Assembly: GCA_964577685.1 (NCBI GenBank)
Contig: CAZNZT010000005.1
Coordinates: 4,185-68,184, forward strand
Source: an uncultured Methanosarcinales archaeon
Lineage (GTDB): Archaea; Nanobdellota; Nanobdellia; Woesearchaeales; JACPBV01
Direction: 5' to 3'
DNA length: 64,000 nt
A program made the position numbers and the translations under genes. Shown in pieces: positions 8,654 to 17,856 of the stretch. The notes beneath the pieces were generated by a model. That model saw only the letters and a program-made list of their open reading frames with translations. It did not search any database and was not told the origin of the DNA. How positions within the stretch are numbered: position 1 is the first letter of the stretch; the number at the start of each line of letters is the position of its first letter.

Positions 8654-8729
8654 TTTTAGAGGAAGGGATATAAATATCTTTCTAAATTTTTAGAAAATTT
8701 TTTATAGAGACAATGAAAAATAAAATATA

Positions 8730-9092
8730 ATGAAAACAACAAGGGTCCAAGGATATATCCTGTATGCACTTGGAAAATGGTTTGAAGAAGCAAACAAAAA
8801 GATTAAAGATAAACCATTACAGGTTAGTATCTCAAAAAGCATCTTTATAGATTTAATGAAAAAGGCAAAATTAACAAAAAAACAAGAGCGGGCTTTATAT
8901 AAAAATCTTGAGATACTTGAAAAGAAAAAATTGATTGAATATAAAAATAAGGAGTTAAACCTAACTAACAAAGGTAAAAAGGTTTATAATGAAATAAACA
9001 AACAAGTAGAGCCATATTTTTATTTGATAAAAAAACTAAAAGAAAAGGATCCTGCTTCTTATACAAAAAAGATACAGACGATATTTAAGTAG
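8730..9092 (+). CDS. Hypothetical basic protein, probably wHTH-like
   Basis: Intact ORF with ATG at 8730. K-rich with no diagnostic motif. The antisense ORF 8702..8971 was rejected. Confidence 0.35.
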   Translation: MKTTRVQGYILYALGKWFEEANKKIKDKPLQVSISKSIFIDLMKKAKLTKKQERALYKNLEILEKKKLIEYKNKELNLTNKGKKVYNEINKQVEPYFYLIKKLKEKDPASYTKKIQTIFK

Positions 9093-9243
9093 TAAATTAG
9101 AATTAACCTCTAGAGAGTATATACAGATTCTCGAAAACTTTAAATATTGTAGTTTTTTATTGCTTATCTAGTCAGTTCATCAAAAACTGGCGAATTGGCT
9201 ATCTTTACATAGGAAGAACTTTATTTTCATATTTTTTTCTTTT

Positions 9244-9924
9244 TTAAGGATGATTCTTCTTATAAATAATGATATTCCCTCTTCCTTTCTTAATCTTTTT
9301 AACTAAACCTTTGGTCTCTAATTCGGATATAATTAAAGAGACCTTTGCTTCAGACAAAGGCAATTGTTTTCTTATCTCTTTCTGAGTGATTCTTTTATTA
9401 TCTTTTATTATCTTTAATACTGTCCTAAGGTACTCATCGGACTGTTCTATCTTTTTGGTTTTTCTTTTGATAAAAAAATAGCCCACAATTATCAAGATCA
9501 CTAGGAAAGTAATAAAAGTAATAATAATATTGAGGATTAAACCAAAATTTGACTCTTCCTTGAAATAATCCTCATCTATTTCAAATTTTGCCTCCTCAAT
9601 GATATCAGATTCTATGGAGGGAAAAAGGACAAGGTCTAAGACAAAGTCTCCATCCTGTTCTACAGAGATATTTTCAGTTGCAGCAAGTGTGGTTCCTTGA
9701 AGGATTTTTTTCGCTTCTATTTTATAGTCACCTATGGGGACAGTAAAAGAATAAGTTCCATTCTTTGCTATATACTTTTGCCTTGGTTGAGTGTTTATAG
9801 TAACAACTACATTATTTGCTTTGGTCAGGGATAAATCATATATGCTCCCATGTATTGTGGCTCCAAAGACAAAGTTTGTTAATATGACAAATATAAACAA
9901 ATATAGTACAACCTTCATACTCAT
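9244..9924 (-). CDS. Membrane-anchored winged-helix regulator: signal peptide, carboxypeptidase-regulatory-like beta-sandwich ectodomain, one TM helix, cytoplasmic wHTH
   Basis: N-terminal hydrophobic signal; GSIYDL...NGTYSFTVPIGDYKIEAKK beta-sandwich-like segment; TM LILNIIITFITFLVILIIVGYFF; C-terminal ITQKEIRKQLPLSEAKVSLIISELETKGLV wHTH. Confidence 0.5.
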   Translation of the reverse strand: MSMKVVLYLFIFVILTNFVFGATIHGSIYDLSLTKANNVVVTINTQPRQKYIAKNGTYSFTVPIGDYKIEAKKILQGTTLAATENISVEQDGDFVLDLVLFPSIESDIIEEAKFEIDEDYFKEESNFGLILNIIITFITFLVILIIVGYFFIKRKTKKIEQSDEYLRTVLKIIKDNKRITQKEIRKQLPLSEAKVSLIISELETKGLVKKIKKGRGNIIIYKKNHP

Positions 9925-10155
9925 TAATTTTAGTAATCTTATATAAAAAGTTTATTTTTTTAAAACATACCGAGAGAGGGGTTTATAAAGTATAAAACAA
10001 GCAAAATGACTCTTATAAAGGGTTAGAAAGCATAATAAAGCTTTAATTTTTTCGTAAAAAAAGTTTATTTATAAATAAGAAGTGTCTAAAAGATTATTAA
10101 ATTAAAATTTCAAAATTAAAAATAAACAATATAAATAACAGGAGGTGAAATAACA

Positions 10156-11670
10156 ATGAAAGGTATTACTAGCTTGATTGTGATTTGTTTATTCTTAACA
10201 AGTTTTGTTTATGCTGAAGAAATAGTTAGTTCTGTACCAGAAAAACCAATTCTTAAAAGTACCAATAGTGGAGAAGAAGCAAAGCCTATTATTAGAAATG
10301 TTGAAAAAGAAAATATAAAGAAAGGAGTAGGATCAATAGAAGAAAAGAAAGGGCCAATAAAGGCAATAATTTCTAGGAGGAACAAAGGAATCACCAGTCT
10401 AGGGAAGATAGATAATTGTATTACTAGATTGGTTGAAAAGGAGGGTATAAAAAAAGAGGAAGCATATAGAAGGTGCAGGTATAGGATTCTTAGAGCAAAA
10501 CCAATCAAAGAAAGGATAAGAGTTGTAAGGAAAGTTGATAATTTTCTTGATATCAAAAAAGGAGAGATAGAAGAAAAAATTAAGGAATGCAAAGATGAAG
10601 AATGTAAGAAAAAACTGGAGGATAGACTCGGGAAAATTGAGAAATTGGATAAAAAATTAGGACCTATTTTTAATAGGATAGAAGAAAAAAGACTAGAAAA
10701 ATTAAATGAGATTAAAGAACTAAAAGAAAAAGAAGGGTTTTCAAAGTTTAGGGGAACTCTAAATTTAAAAGCAAGAGCTATTAATAATATCATGTTAGAA
10801 AAGGCAAAAAAGAATTTTATTGAAGCAAAGAAAAGGTTTGAAAGAGCGAAGACAAGATATCTAGACGCTAGAAAAAGATTCTTAGAAAAAAAGAAGTTAA
10901 TAGGAGCATGCAAGGATAATGAATCTGATGAATGTAAAAAAGCAAAAGAAGAGATTATAGAAGACTCTAAAGAGTATTTAATCGGAATCGCTGACCAGAT
11001 GATTGAGTATATAAACAAGATAGAGGCCAAGGTTGAGTCTAATGATGATTTGTCAGAGGAAGAAGTTAATCAAATTATTGAAAACCTAGACGAATGGGCT
11101 AAGGAAGTTGAGGAGCTAAAAGTTAAAATAGAGGGCGCCGAGGACAAAGAGGACATAAAAGAGGCAGCAAAAAAACTAAGTGAATACTGGAAAAGAATAA
11201 AATATAGACTAGAAATAAAGGCAGCTAGGATTGTAAATGCGAGAATAGGGGGCATAATAATAAGGTCAAAATATTTAGAGATTAAATTAAACAGAATACT
11301 AGACAGACTAGCCGAAGATGGAGTAGATATATCAGAGATAGAAACACTAGTAGACAAATTCAATGCCAAGATAGAAGAGGCAAAGAAATTATATGAAAAG
11401 GCACGGAAAAGTTTCAAAGAGGCTGCTTTATTAAAGAGGGAAGCGGGTGAGAAAACAGAGGAAGAAATAGAAAAAATAAAAGAGTTGTCTTCTGCAGGAC
11501 ATGAAGCTATGAAGGGAGCACAAAGGGCTTTAAATGAAGCACAGAAAACATTAAGAGATATTATAATCAAAATAAAGAATATAGGAAGAGAGGATGTACT
11601 AGAGAAAACATCAATTGGCACAGGAGAGATAGAAAAGGAAATCTCTAGAGAGGAAGAGACGACAGAATAA
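10156..11670 (+). CDS. Secreted K/E-rich coiled-coil protein (signal peptide plus about 480 aa charged helical repeats)
   Basis: GGAGGTG RBS, ATG at 10156, signal-like MKGITSLIVICLFLTSFVYA, then low-complexity charged sequence. The antisense ORFs 10209..11030 and 11070..11621 are artefacts of this region. Confidence 0.5.
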   Translation: MKGITSLIVICLFLTSFVYAEEIVSSVPEKPILKSTNSGEEAKPIIRNVEKENIKKGVGSIEEKKGPIKAIISRRNKGITSLGKIDNCITRLVEKEGIKKEEAYRRCRYRILRAKPIKERIRVVRKVDNFLDIKKGEIEEKIKECKDEECKKKLEDRLGKIEKLDKKLGPIFNRIEEKRLEKLNEIKELKEKEGFSKFRGTLNLKARAINNIMLEKAKKNFIEAKKRFERAKTRYLDARKRFLEKKKLIGACKDNESDECKKAKEEIIEDSKEYLIGIADQMIEYINKIEAKVESNDDLSEEEVNQIIENLDEWAKEVEELKVKIEGAEDKEDIKEAAKKLSEYWKRIKYRLEIKAARIVNARIGGIIIRSKYLEIKLNRILDRLAEDGVDISEIETLVDKFNAKIEEAKKLYEKARKSFKEAALLKREAGEKTEEEIEKIKELSSAGHEAMKGAQRALNEAQKTLRDIIIKIKNIGREDVLEKTSIGTGEIEKEISREEETTE

Positions 11671-11734
11671 CCTACCTTGTTTTGTTTTTGTTTTCATAGA
11701 AAAATTTAAATAATTTTAATCAAAAGAGAGAAAA

Positions 11735-11965
11735 ATGATGAAAAAAGAGGTTTTTTTGAGTTTAATATTAGGTTTTTTATTGATAATGTTTTTGTTTGGG
11801 TGTAAGAAAGCTAGTGTAGAAAGGGAAAAGCAGATAGAATCAGAAGAAGAGAAGACCAAACTAGGTGTAGAAGAAGAGATTAGTGATGTTAGCAATGTTG
11901 AAAAAGAGTTAGATTTAGGAGAGCTAGAGAATATTGATAAAGAGCTTGAAGAAATAAATTGGTAA
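11735..11965 (+). CDS. Small acidic lipoprotein-like protein (LFGC lipobox-like)
   Basis: MMKKEVFLSLILGFLLIMFLFGCKK signal with Cys, followed by an E-rich tail. Confidence 0.3.
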   Translation: MMKKEVFLSLILGFLLIMFLFGCKKASVEREKQIESEEEKTKLGVEEEISDVSNVEKELDLGELENIDKELEEINW

Positions 11966-11996
11966 TATTTATATAACAAAAAATTATCTTCTTTTT

Positions 11997-13085
11997 ATGA
12001 TAGAAATAGATGGTTCATTCTTAGAAGGTGGAGGGCAGATAGTAAGGACAGCCTTAGCTATCTCTACTGTTATTCAAAAGCCATTTTGTGTTTTTAATAT
12101 AAGGAAAGGAAGGCCTAAATCAGGTTTAAAAAATCAACATCTCTATTGCATTAAGGCTTTAGAGAAGCTATGTAATGCAAAGACAGAAGGAGCAGAGCTT
12201 GGTTCTATGAAACTGAAATATGTTCCAGGAAAGATTAAAGGTCAAACTATTTCTATTGATATTGGTACTGCTGGTTCTGTAACCTTATTGTTACAATCGT
12301 TGCTCTTACCAGCTTTTTTTTCTAATTCAAAGGTTAGATTTAAGATTAGCGGAGGGACAGATGTTCAATGGAGCCCACAGTTTGACTATTTTGCGAATGT
12401 GGTCATTCCTCAATTACAAAGATTTAGTGAGATGATAGAAATATCTCTAGTAAAGAGGGGCTATTATCCAAAAGGTGGTGGTAAGGTAGATATAAAAATC
12501 AAACCAAAATTTAGTTTAGAAAAAATAAAAGAAGCACCTCAGATTAATCTTATAGAACAATATAATTTAATTCAAATAAAAGGAATCTCCCATGCAAGTC
12601 TAGATTTACAAAAAGCACAAGTAGCTGAAAGACAAGCAAGATCAGCAAGAATTGCTTTAGGTAGATTCAATTGTCCGATTAATATTAGAACTGAATACCG
12701 TGAAACCCTATCAACTGGAAGTGGAATTACTCTTTGGGCTATATTCTCAAAGGACCTAGATGAGATAGACATTTTTAATCCAATAAGGATTGGTGCTGAT
12801 GCCTTAGGTGAGAGAGGTAAAAGGGCCGAGGATGTCGGAAAAGAGGCAGCAGATAAACTGATTCAGGAAATCAATTCTAAAGCTCCTGTTGATTCCCATT
12901 TGGCCGATAACCTAATACCCTTTTTGGCTTTATTTGGGGGTAGAATAAAGGTAAGCAAAATAACGCCCCATACATTAACAAATATTTATACATGTGAACA
13001 ATTTCTAGGTAAGATTTTTGAACTTGACGAGGATAAAAAAATAATAAGACAACTATATTTTAAACACCAAAACTTTTTTAAATAG
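11997..13085 (+). CDS. rtcA: RNA 3'-terminal phosphate cyclase
   Basis: MIEIDGSFLEGGGQIVRTALAIS... start and overall RtcA architecture (362 aa). Confidence 0.85.
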   Translation: MIEIDGSFLEGGGQIVRTALAISTVIQKPFCVFNIRKGRPKSGLKNQHLYCIKALEKLCNAKTEGAELGSMKLKYVPGKIKGQTISIDIGTAGSVTLLLQSLLLPAFFSNSKVRFKISGGTDVQWSPQFDYFANVVIPQLQRFSEMIEISLVKRGYYPKGGGKVDIKIKPKFSLEKIKEAPQINLIEQYNLIQIKGISHASLDLQKAQVAERQARSARIALGRFNCPINIRTEYRETLSTGSGITLWAIFSKDLDEIDIFNPIRIGADALGERGKRAEDVGKEAADKLIQEINSKAPVDSHLADNLIPFLALFGGRIKVSKITPHTLTNIYTCEQFLGKIFELDEDKKIIRQLYFKHQNFFK

Positions 13086-13134
13086 TTTTGTTTTCTTTGT
13101 TTTAATGATTCAAATAGGGTTATGAGGTGTAAAA

Positions 13135-13635
13135 ATGAAAACAATAGATGAATTAAAGAATGAGCAAGGACAGCTTGATTCAAATGCTATAAAATATATA
13201 ATACCATATGACACGCCATTCCTTATGATAGACAAGGTATTGAGTTTAGATAAGACAAAGATAGTTGCGATAAAGAACACATCCGCGAATGAATATTACT
13301 TTAAGGGGCATTTTGCAGGTTTTCCTATTATGCCTGGTGCTTTGATAGTGGAAGGAATGGGTCAAGCAGCAACATTGCTTGTAAGATATAACATAGAAAA
13401 TCACTGGGAAAAAGAGGTACTGGCATACAGGATAAAAGATGCTAAATTCTCGGCTCCAACATTCCCTGGAGATACAATAAAATATGAGATAACACTTCTT
13501 GGTAAGGATGACAGGGGTGCTTTACTTTCTGGGAAGGCCATAGTTAATGAAAAAGTTGTGGCAGAGGCAACAATGATGTTGGCGGTAGTTGATAGGCGGG
13601 AGTTTAGAATAAAAGCATCTCCTGTTTATAAGTGA
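13135..13635 (+). CDS. fabZ: FabZ/FabA-like hotdog-fold 3-hydroxyacyl thioester dehydratase
   Basis: YFKGHFAGFPIMPGALIVEGMGQAA matches the FabZ His/Glu active-site region. GAGGTG RBS upstream. First gene of a co-directional block. Confidence 0.75.
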   Translation: MKTIDELKNEQGQLDSNAIKYIIPYDTPFLMIDKVLSLDKTKIVAIKNTSANEYYFKGHFAGFPIMPGALIVEGMGQAATLLVRYNIENHWEKEVLAYRIKDAKFSAPTFPGDTIKYEITLLGKDDRGALLSGKAIVNEKVVAEATMMLAVVDRREFRIKASPVYK

Positions 13636-13641
13636 TTAATC

Positions 13642-14772
13642 ATGAAGAGGTATGTAAAGGGCGTTGGTATGACTAAATTCAGTGTAGAATCAAGAACTAC
13701 ACAAGACATGGCTATTGAAGCCATAAGTCTTGCTTTAGATGATTCTAACCTTAACATAAATGATATTGAAGCTGTTGTTGTTTCAACAGTCGACACAAAA
13801 GTAAATACTGAAAGGCAGAGACATTATCCTGCTGTTCTTTCAAGTCTGCTAAAGAGAAAGATGCCTATTATCAGGGTTCCAGCTGTTTGTGGTGGGGGTG
13901 GTGCTGCATTTTGGACAGCATTAAGACTAAAATACAATAATATCCTTGTTATAGGTGTTGATAATGTGTTAGCAGGGCCTACACCAATAATCACAAAAGA
14001 GATTATGAACGCTGGAGAAAATCTCTGGGAACAAGAAGAGGGGCTTAATTTTCCTGGACAAAATGCACTAGTTGCTCAGCAACATATGTTAAAATACGGA
14101 ACTACGCATGATGACTTGGCTTTAATATCCTATAAAAACCACCTTCATGGTAGCATGAATCCTAAAGCAAGATTTTATGGTAAAAAGGTAACTCTAGAAG
14201 AAATAAAGAAGGCACCAATCATAGCTTCACCATTCAATTTATATGATTGTTCAATATCTGTAAATGGGGCTGCAGCTGTTGTAGTATCAAGGGATAAAAC
14301 AGACATTAAGGTTATAGGGTCTGCCCTAGCTACGGATTATTTACCTCCATTTGAGAGGCCTGATATAACCACATGGCAATCAAGCGTAGAAGCTGGAAAA
14401 AAGGCATTTAAGGAAGCAGGAGTAGAACCAAGCGATATAGATGTGGCAGAAATCCATGATGCGTTTACAATTGTTGAACTTATATCATATGAAGACCTTG
14501 GATTTTGTAAGAAAGGAGAAGGCGGAAAACTGGTAAGAGATGGTTATGTAAACCTTGATGGAAAAATGCCTGTAAATACATCTGGGGGATTAAAGGCAAG
14601 AGGCCACCCCATATCTCCTACTGGAGTTGCCCAAATTGTTGAGATTGTTGACCAGTTAAGGGACAGATGTGGTGACCGTCAAGTTAATAATCCAAAAATA
14701 GGTTTAACCCAAAATATAGGTGGGGCTGGAGGTACAGCAACTGTTCATATTTTTAGAAAAATAGCGGGATGA
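13642..14772 (+). CDS. Thiolase-superfamily protein (archaeal DUF35-associated thiolase / SCP-x-like), paralogue A
   Basis: MKRYVKGVGMTKF start, catalytic-Cys region IIRVPAVCGGGGAAF, C-terminal GGLKARGHPISPTG..NIGGAGGT. Sits immediately upstream of a DUF35 gene. Confidence 0.75.
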   Translation: MKRYVKGVGMTKFSVESRTTQDMAIEAISLALDDSNLNINDIEAVVVSTVDTKVNTERQRHYPAVLSSLLKRKMPIIRVPAVCGGGGAAFWTALRLKYNNILVIGVDNVLAGPTPIITKEIMNAGENLWEQEEGLNFPGQNALVAQQHMLKYGTTHDDLALISYKNHLHGSMNPKARFYGKKVTLEEIKKAPIIASPFNLYDCSISVNGAAAVVVSRDKTDIKVIGSALATDYLPPFERPDITTWQSSVEAGKKAFKEAGVEPSDIDVAEIHDAFTIVELISYEDLGFCKKGEGGKLVRDGYVNLDGKMPVNTSGGLKARGHPISPTGVAQIVEIVDQLRDRCGDRQVNNPKIGLTQNIGGAGGTATVHIFRKIAG

Positions 14773-15908
14773 TAAAGATGGCAAAGATAATAAGGTGGAT
14801 ATGCGAGAAATGTAATAAGAAATGGATTTATCCAATAAGTAGGTGTCTATATTGCAATGGGGAAATAAAAAAGCAGATAGGTATGAAAATAAAGGTTATA
14901 GGATTCACAAGGATTCACATTCCGTGCCCTCCACATCCAATAGTACCCTACAATGTTCTTCTTCTGGAAGATGAATATGGGAATAGAATGCCAAAAAAAA
15001 CAATAAAGGATTACAATATAGGGGATACATACGAAGATATTCCATCTAAGGAAGAAAATGCAATAGCAATAACAAAGATAAAATATGATGTTTATGAAGC
15101 TGTTAAAGAAGCATTAGAGCTGATAGGGGATATTGAAGTAGATAGGACAAACAAAATACTTATTAAACCAAATTTGAGTATTCCTGGGTATCCATATCTT
15201 GGTATTGGAACGCATCCAGAAGTAATGAGGGGTTTATTGCGATACTTAATTGAAAGAGGAGCTAATCCAAAGAATATAACAATAGCTGAGCAAAGCTTCT
15301 TCTTTCCATTTGATAAGGCTATTGCAAAATCAAGAATCAATCAAATAGTAAAGGAGTTTGGTGTCAACCTGGTTGATTTAAGTAAAACAGAGTTCATAGA
15401 GAAAAAAGAGAGGGAATTTGTATTTAGGGTGTCTAAGATAGTTTATGATTTTGATTTGATTTTTAATGTGCCTGTTATTAAAACAGATATGTTGCTTGGT
15501 ATAGACGGGGCGTTTGAAAATCTAACGAGATTTTTATCTAAGGAAAACTTTAATGAGTTTGTAAGGGATATTAAAAAAGCTATAGGTGCTCTTGCTGTTT
15601 TACCTAACATATTACCAAGGTTTATCACGATAGGGGATGGAACCATAGGTATGCAGGGTAATGGTCCAGCAGAACATGGTGAGCCAGGATTCTATAATAT
15701 GATATTTGCAGCGAGAAATCCAGTTGTACATGATAAAATTGTACAGGAGGTATTATGTTTAAGAAGACTACCTTATGTTGAGTTAGCAGGAAAACTTGGT
15801 ATTGGTGAATATGAAGTATCAAAGATAAAAGTTATTGGAAATGAGTTAGATGCTGTTAGGAGGGATATAAAACAACCAATAGGCTCAAAGCTAATTAAAA
15901 AGGACTAA
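14769..15908 (+). CDS. DUF35 (rubredoxin-like Zn ribbon plus OB-fold) N-terminus fused to a roughly 280-aa C-terminal domain resembling DUF362
   Basis: CEKCNKKWIYPISRCLYCNG zinc ribbon followed by an OB-like segment, then KPNLSIP... and ITIGDGTIGMQGNGPAEHGEP motifs (assigned to DUF362 from memory). A single uninterrupted ORF. The ATG overlaps the upstream stop (ATGA). Confidence 0.55.
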   Translation: MIKMAKIIRWICEKCNKKWIYPISRCLYCNGEIKKQIGMKIKVIGFTRIHIPCPPHPIVPYNVLLLEDEYGNRMPKKTIKDYNIGDTYEDIPSKEENAIAITKIKYDVYEAVKEALELIGDIEVDRTNKILIKPNLSIPGYPYLGIGTHPEVMRGLLRYLIERGANPKNITIAEQSFFFPFDKAIAKSRINQIVKEFGVNLVDLSKTEFIEKKEREFVFRVSKIVYDFDLIFNVPVIKTDMLLGIDGAFENLTRFLSKENFNEFVRDIKKAIGALAVLPNILPRFITIGDGTIGMQGNGPAEHGEPGFYNMIFAARNPVVHDKIVQEVLCLRRLPYVELAGKLGIGEYEVSKIKVIGNELDAVRRDIKQPIGSKLIKKD

Positions 15909-15909
15909 G

Positions 15910-17037
15910 ATGTACATAAAAGGAGTTGGTATGACCAAATTTGGTATTTCTGGCAAGTTCTCACAGATGTTAGCATATGAAGCTACATTAGAAGCATTAA
16001 ATGATGCGGATATTAACTTTAAGGATATAGATGCTGTTGTTTGCTCTAGTTTAGAGTGGTTCTTCTCAATAGAAAAACAGAGGCACTTTGCAGCTTTGTT
16101 GGCTTCTGTTTTCAAAACCCATAAGCCAATAATTCGAGTGCCTGCTGCCTGTGCTGGTGGTGGCGCTGCCTTATGGGTAGCACAACAATTAGGTTACGAC
16201 AATGTATTAGTTGTTGGAGTAGAAAAACTGATGACATGCAAATCGGAAAGTATAACAGATGAATTTATGATGGCTGCTGAGAGCAAATGGGAGCAAGTAG
16301 AGGGGCTTAATTTTCCTGGGCAAAACGCACTAGTTGCTCAACAATATTTGGAAAAATATAAAAAAACGACTACAGAACATTTGGCTTTAATCTCTTTTAA
16401 GAATCACTCAAACGCATTACTAAATCCAAAAGCGAGATTTTATGGTAGAAAGGTAACTCTAGAAGAAATAAAAAATTCTCCAATAATATGTTCCCCGTTA
16501 AGACTCTATGATTGTTCAATATCTGTTGATGGAGCAGCTGCATGTGTTGTTACAAATGAAAAAACAGATATCAAAATAATTGGTTCTGATTTATGTGCTG
16601 AATACCTACCAACATGGGAAAGGGAAGATAGCCTTAGATGGGAGGGAACAATTATTAGCTCCAAAAATGCGTTCAACCAAGCAGGAGTAGAACCAAGTGA
16701 TATAGATGTGGCAGAAATCCATGATGCGTTTACAATTGTTGAGCTGATAGCTTATGAAGACCTTGGATTCTGTAAGAAGGGAGAGGCTTATAAAAAAATT
16801 GAAGAGGGTTATTTTAATCTTGATGGAAAGATGCCTGTAAATACATCTGGGGGATTAAAAGCAAAGGGACATCCTGTCTCTGCAACCGGATTAGCCCAGA
16901 TATATGAAATAGTAAAACAGCTTAGGGGGGAGGCTAAGGATAGGCAGGTTTCAAAAGCGAAGATAGGGCTAGCCCATAATATCGGTGGGGCAGGAGGAAC
17001 TGTTACTTGTCATATCCTAAAGAAAATCTGTGGTTAA
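15910..17037 (+). CDS. Thiolase-superfamily protein, paralogue B
   Basis: MYIKGVGMTKFG..., IIRVPAACAGGGAAL. The C-terminal half is about 90% identical at nucleotide level to paralogue A. Confidence 0.75.
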   Translation: MYIKGVGMTKFGISGKFSQMLAYEATLEALNDADINFKDIDAVVCSSLEWFFSIEKQRHFAALLASVFKTHKPIIRVPAACAGGGAALWVAQQLGYDNVLVVGVEKLMTCKSESITDEFMMAAESKWEQVEGLNFPGQNALVAQQYLEKYKKTTTEHLALISFKNHSNALLNPKARFYGRKVTLEEIKNSPIICSPLRLYDCSISVDGAAACVVTNEKTDIKIIGSDLCAEYLPTWEREDSLRWEGTIISSKNAFNQAGVEPSDIDVAEIHDAFTIVELIAYEDLGFCKKGEAYKKIEEGYFNLDGKMPVNTSGGLKAKGHPVSATGLAQIYEIVKQLRGEAKDRQVSKAKIGLAHNIGGAGGTVTCHILKKICG

Positions 17038-17055
17038 AAATTAAAGGTGATAAAA

Positions 17056-17796
17056 ATGGGTTTAAAAGGAAAAAATGCTTTAATAACAGGTTCTGCAAGG
17101 GGATTGGGAAAAGAAATGGCTCTAACATTAGCAAAGGAAGGTTGTAATATAATAGTTAATGACTTGGAAGATATGAAAGAAGAAGCGATAAAAACAGTGG
17201 AAGAGATAAAAAAACTAGGTGTAGAGTCTGATTTTGTTCCTGCAGATGTATCTGATTTTGAGAGTTGTAAAAAGATGGCTGAAACAGTAAAGCAAAAATT
17301 TGAAAAAGTTGACATACTGATAAACAATGCAGGCATAACGAAAGACAGAACATTAAAAAAGATGGTCCCGGATGAATGGTACCCAGTGATTAATGTAAAT
17401 CTAAATAGCCTATACAATGTAACCCATAATATATTGGAACTAATACCAGAAGGAGGGAGAATAATCAATATAAGTTCGGTAGCAGGTATAGCAGGAAATT
17501 TTGGACAAACGAATTATGCAGCAACAAAAGCGGGGGTGATTGGATTTACAAAATCGTTAGCAAAAGAAGTAGGCAAAAAAAAGATTACTGTCAATGCTGT
17601 TGCACCTGGTTTTATTAAGTCACCTATGACTGATAAAATACCAGTAGAGTTATTAGCAAATATTATTGAACTAATACCATTGAAAGAAATGGGGCAACCG
17701 GAAGATGTTGCTAATGCTGTAAAGTTTCTTGCTTCAGATGAAGCAAGATACATATCTGGCACTGTATTAAGGGTTGATGGAGGAATTGCTTTGTAA
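17056..17796 (+). CDS. fabG: 3-oxoacyl-(ACP/CoA) reductase, SDR family (FabG-like)
   Basis: TGSARGLG Rossmann motif, NNAGI, YAATKAGV catalytic Y/K. The track start 17047 is GTG; the in-frame ATG at 17056 is preferred. Confidence 0.8.
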   Translation: MGLKGKNALITGSARGLGKEMALTLAKEGCNIIVNDLEDMKEEAIKTVEEIKKLGVESDFVPADVSDFESCKKMAETVKQKFEKVDILINNAGITKDRTLKKMVPDEWYPVINVNLNSLYNVTHNILELIPEGGRIINISSVAGIAGNFGQTNYAATKAGVIGFTKSLAKEVGKKKITVNAVAPGFIKSPMTDKIPVELLANIIELIPLKEMGQPEDVANAVKFLASDEARYISGTVLRVDGGIAL

Positions 17797-17856
17797 CATA
17801 AGAAAGTTAAAGCAATATTTATAAAGCAATTAAAATTTGTGATTTTAGGGGATATC

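Noticed and set aside
10209-11621. Long minus-strand ORFs (10209..11030, 11070..11621) inside the coiled-coil gene
   Set aside because: Antisense artefacts of a K/E-rich coding region (S/F/L-rich translation, no independent support).
11735-11965. Acyl carrier protein candidate among small ORFs near the lipid operon
   Set aside because: The 76-aa ORF has a signal/lipobox-like N-terminus and no DSL phosphopantetheine-attachment motif. No ACP-like ORF was found in the window.
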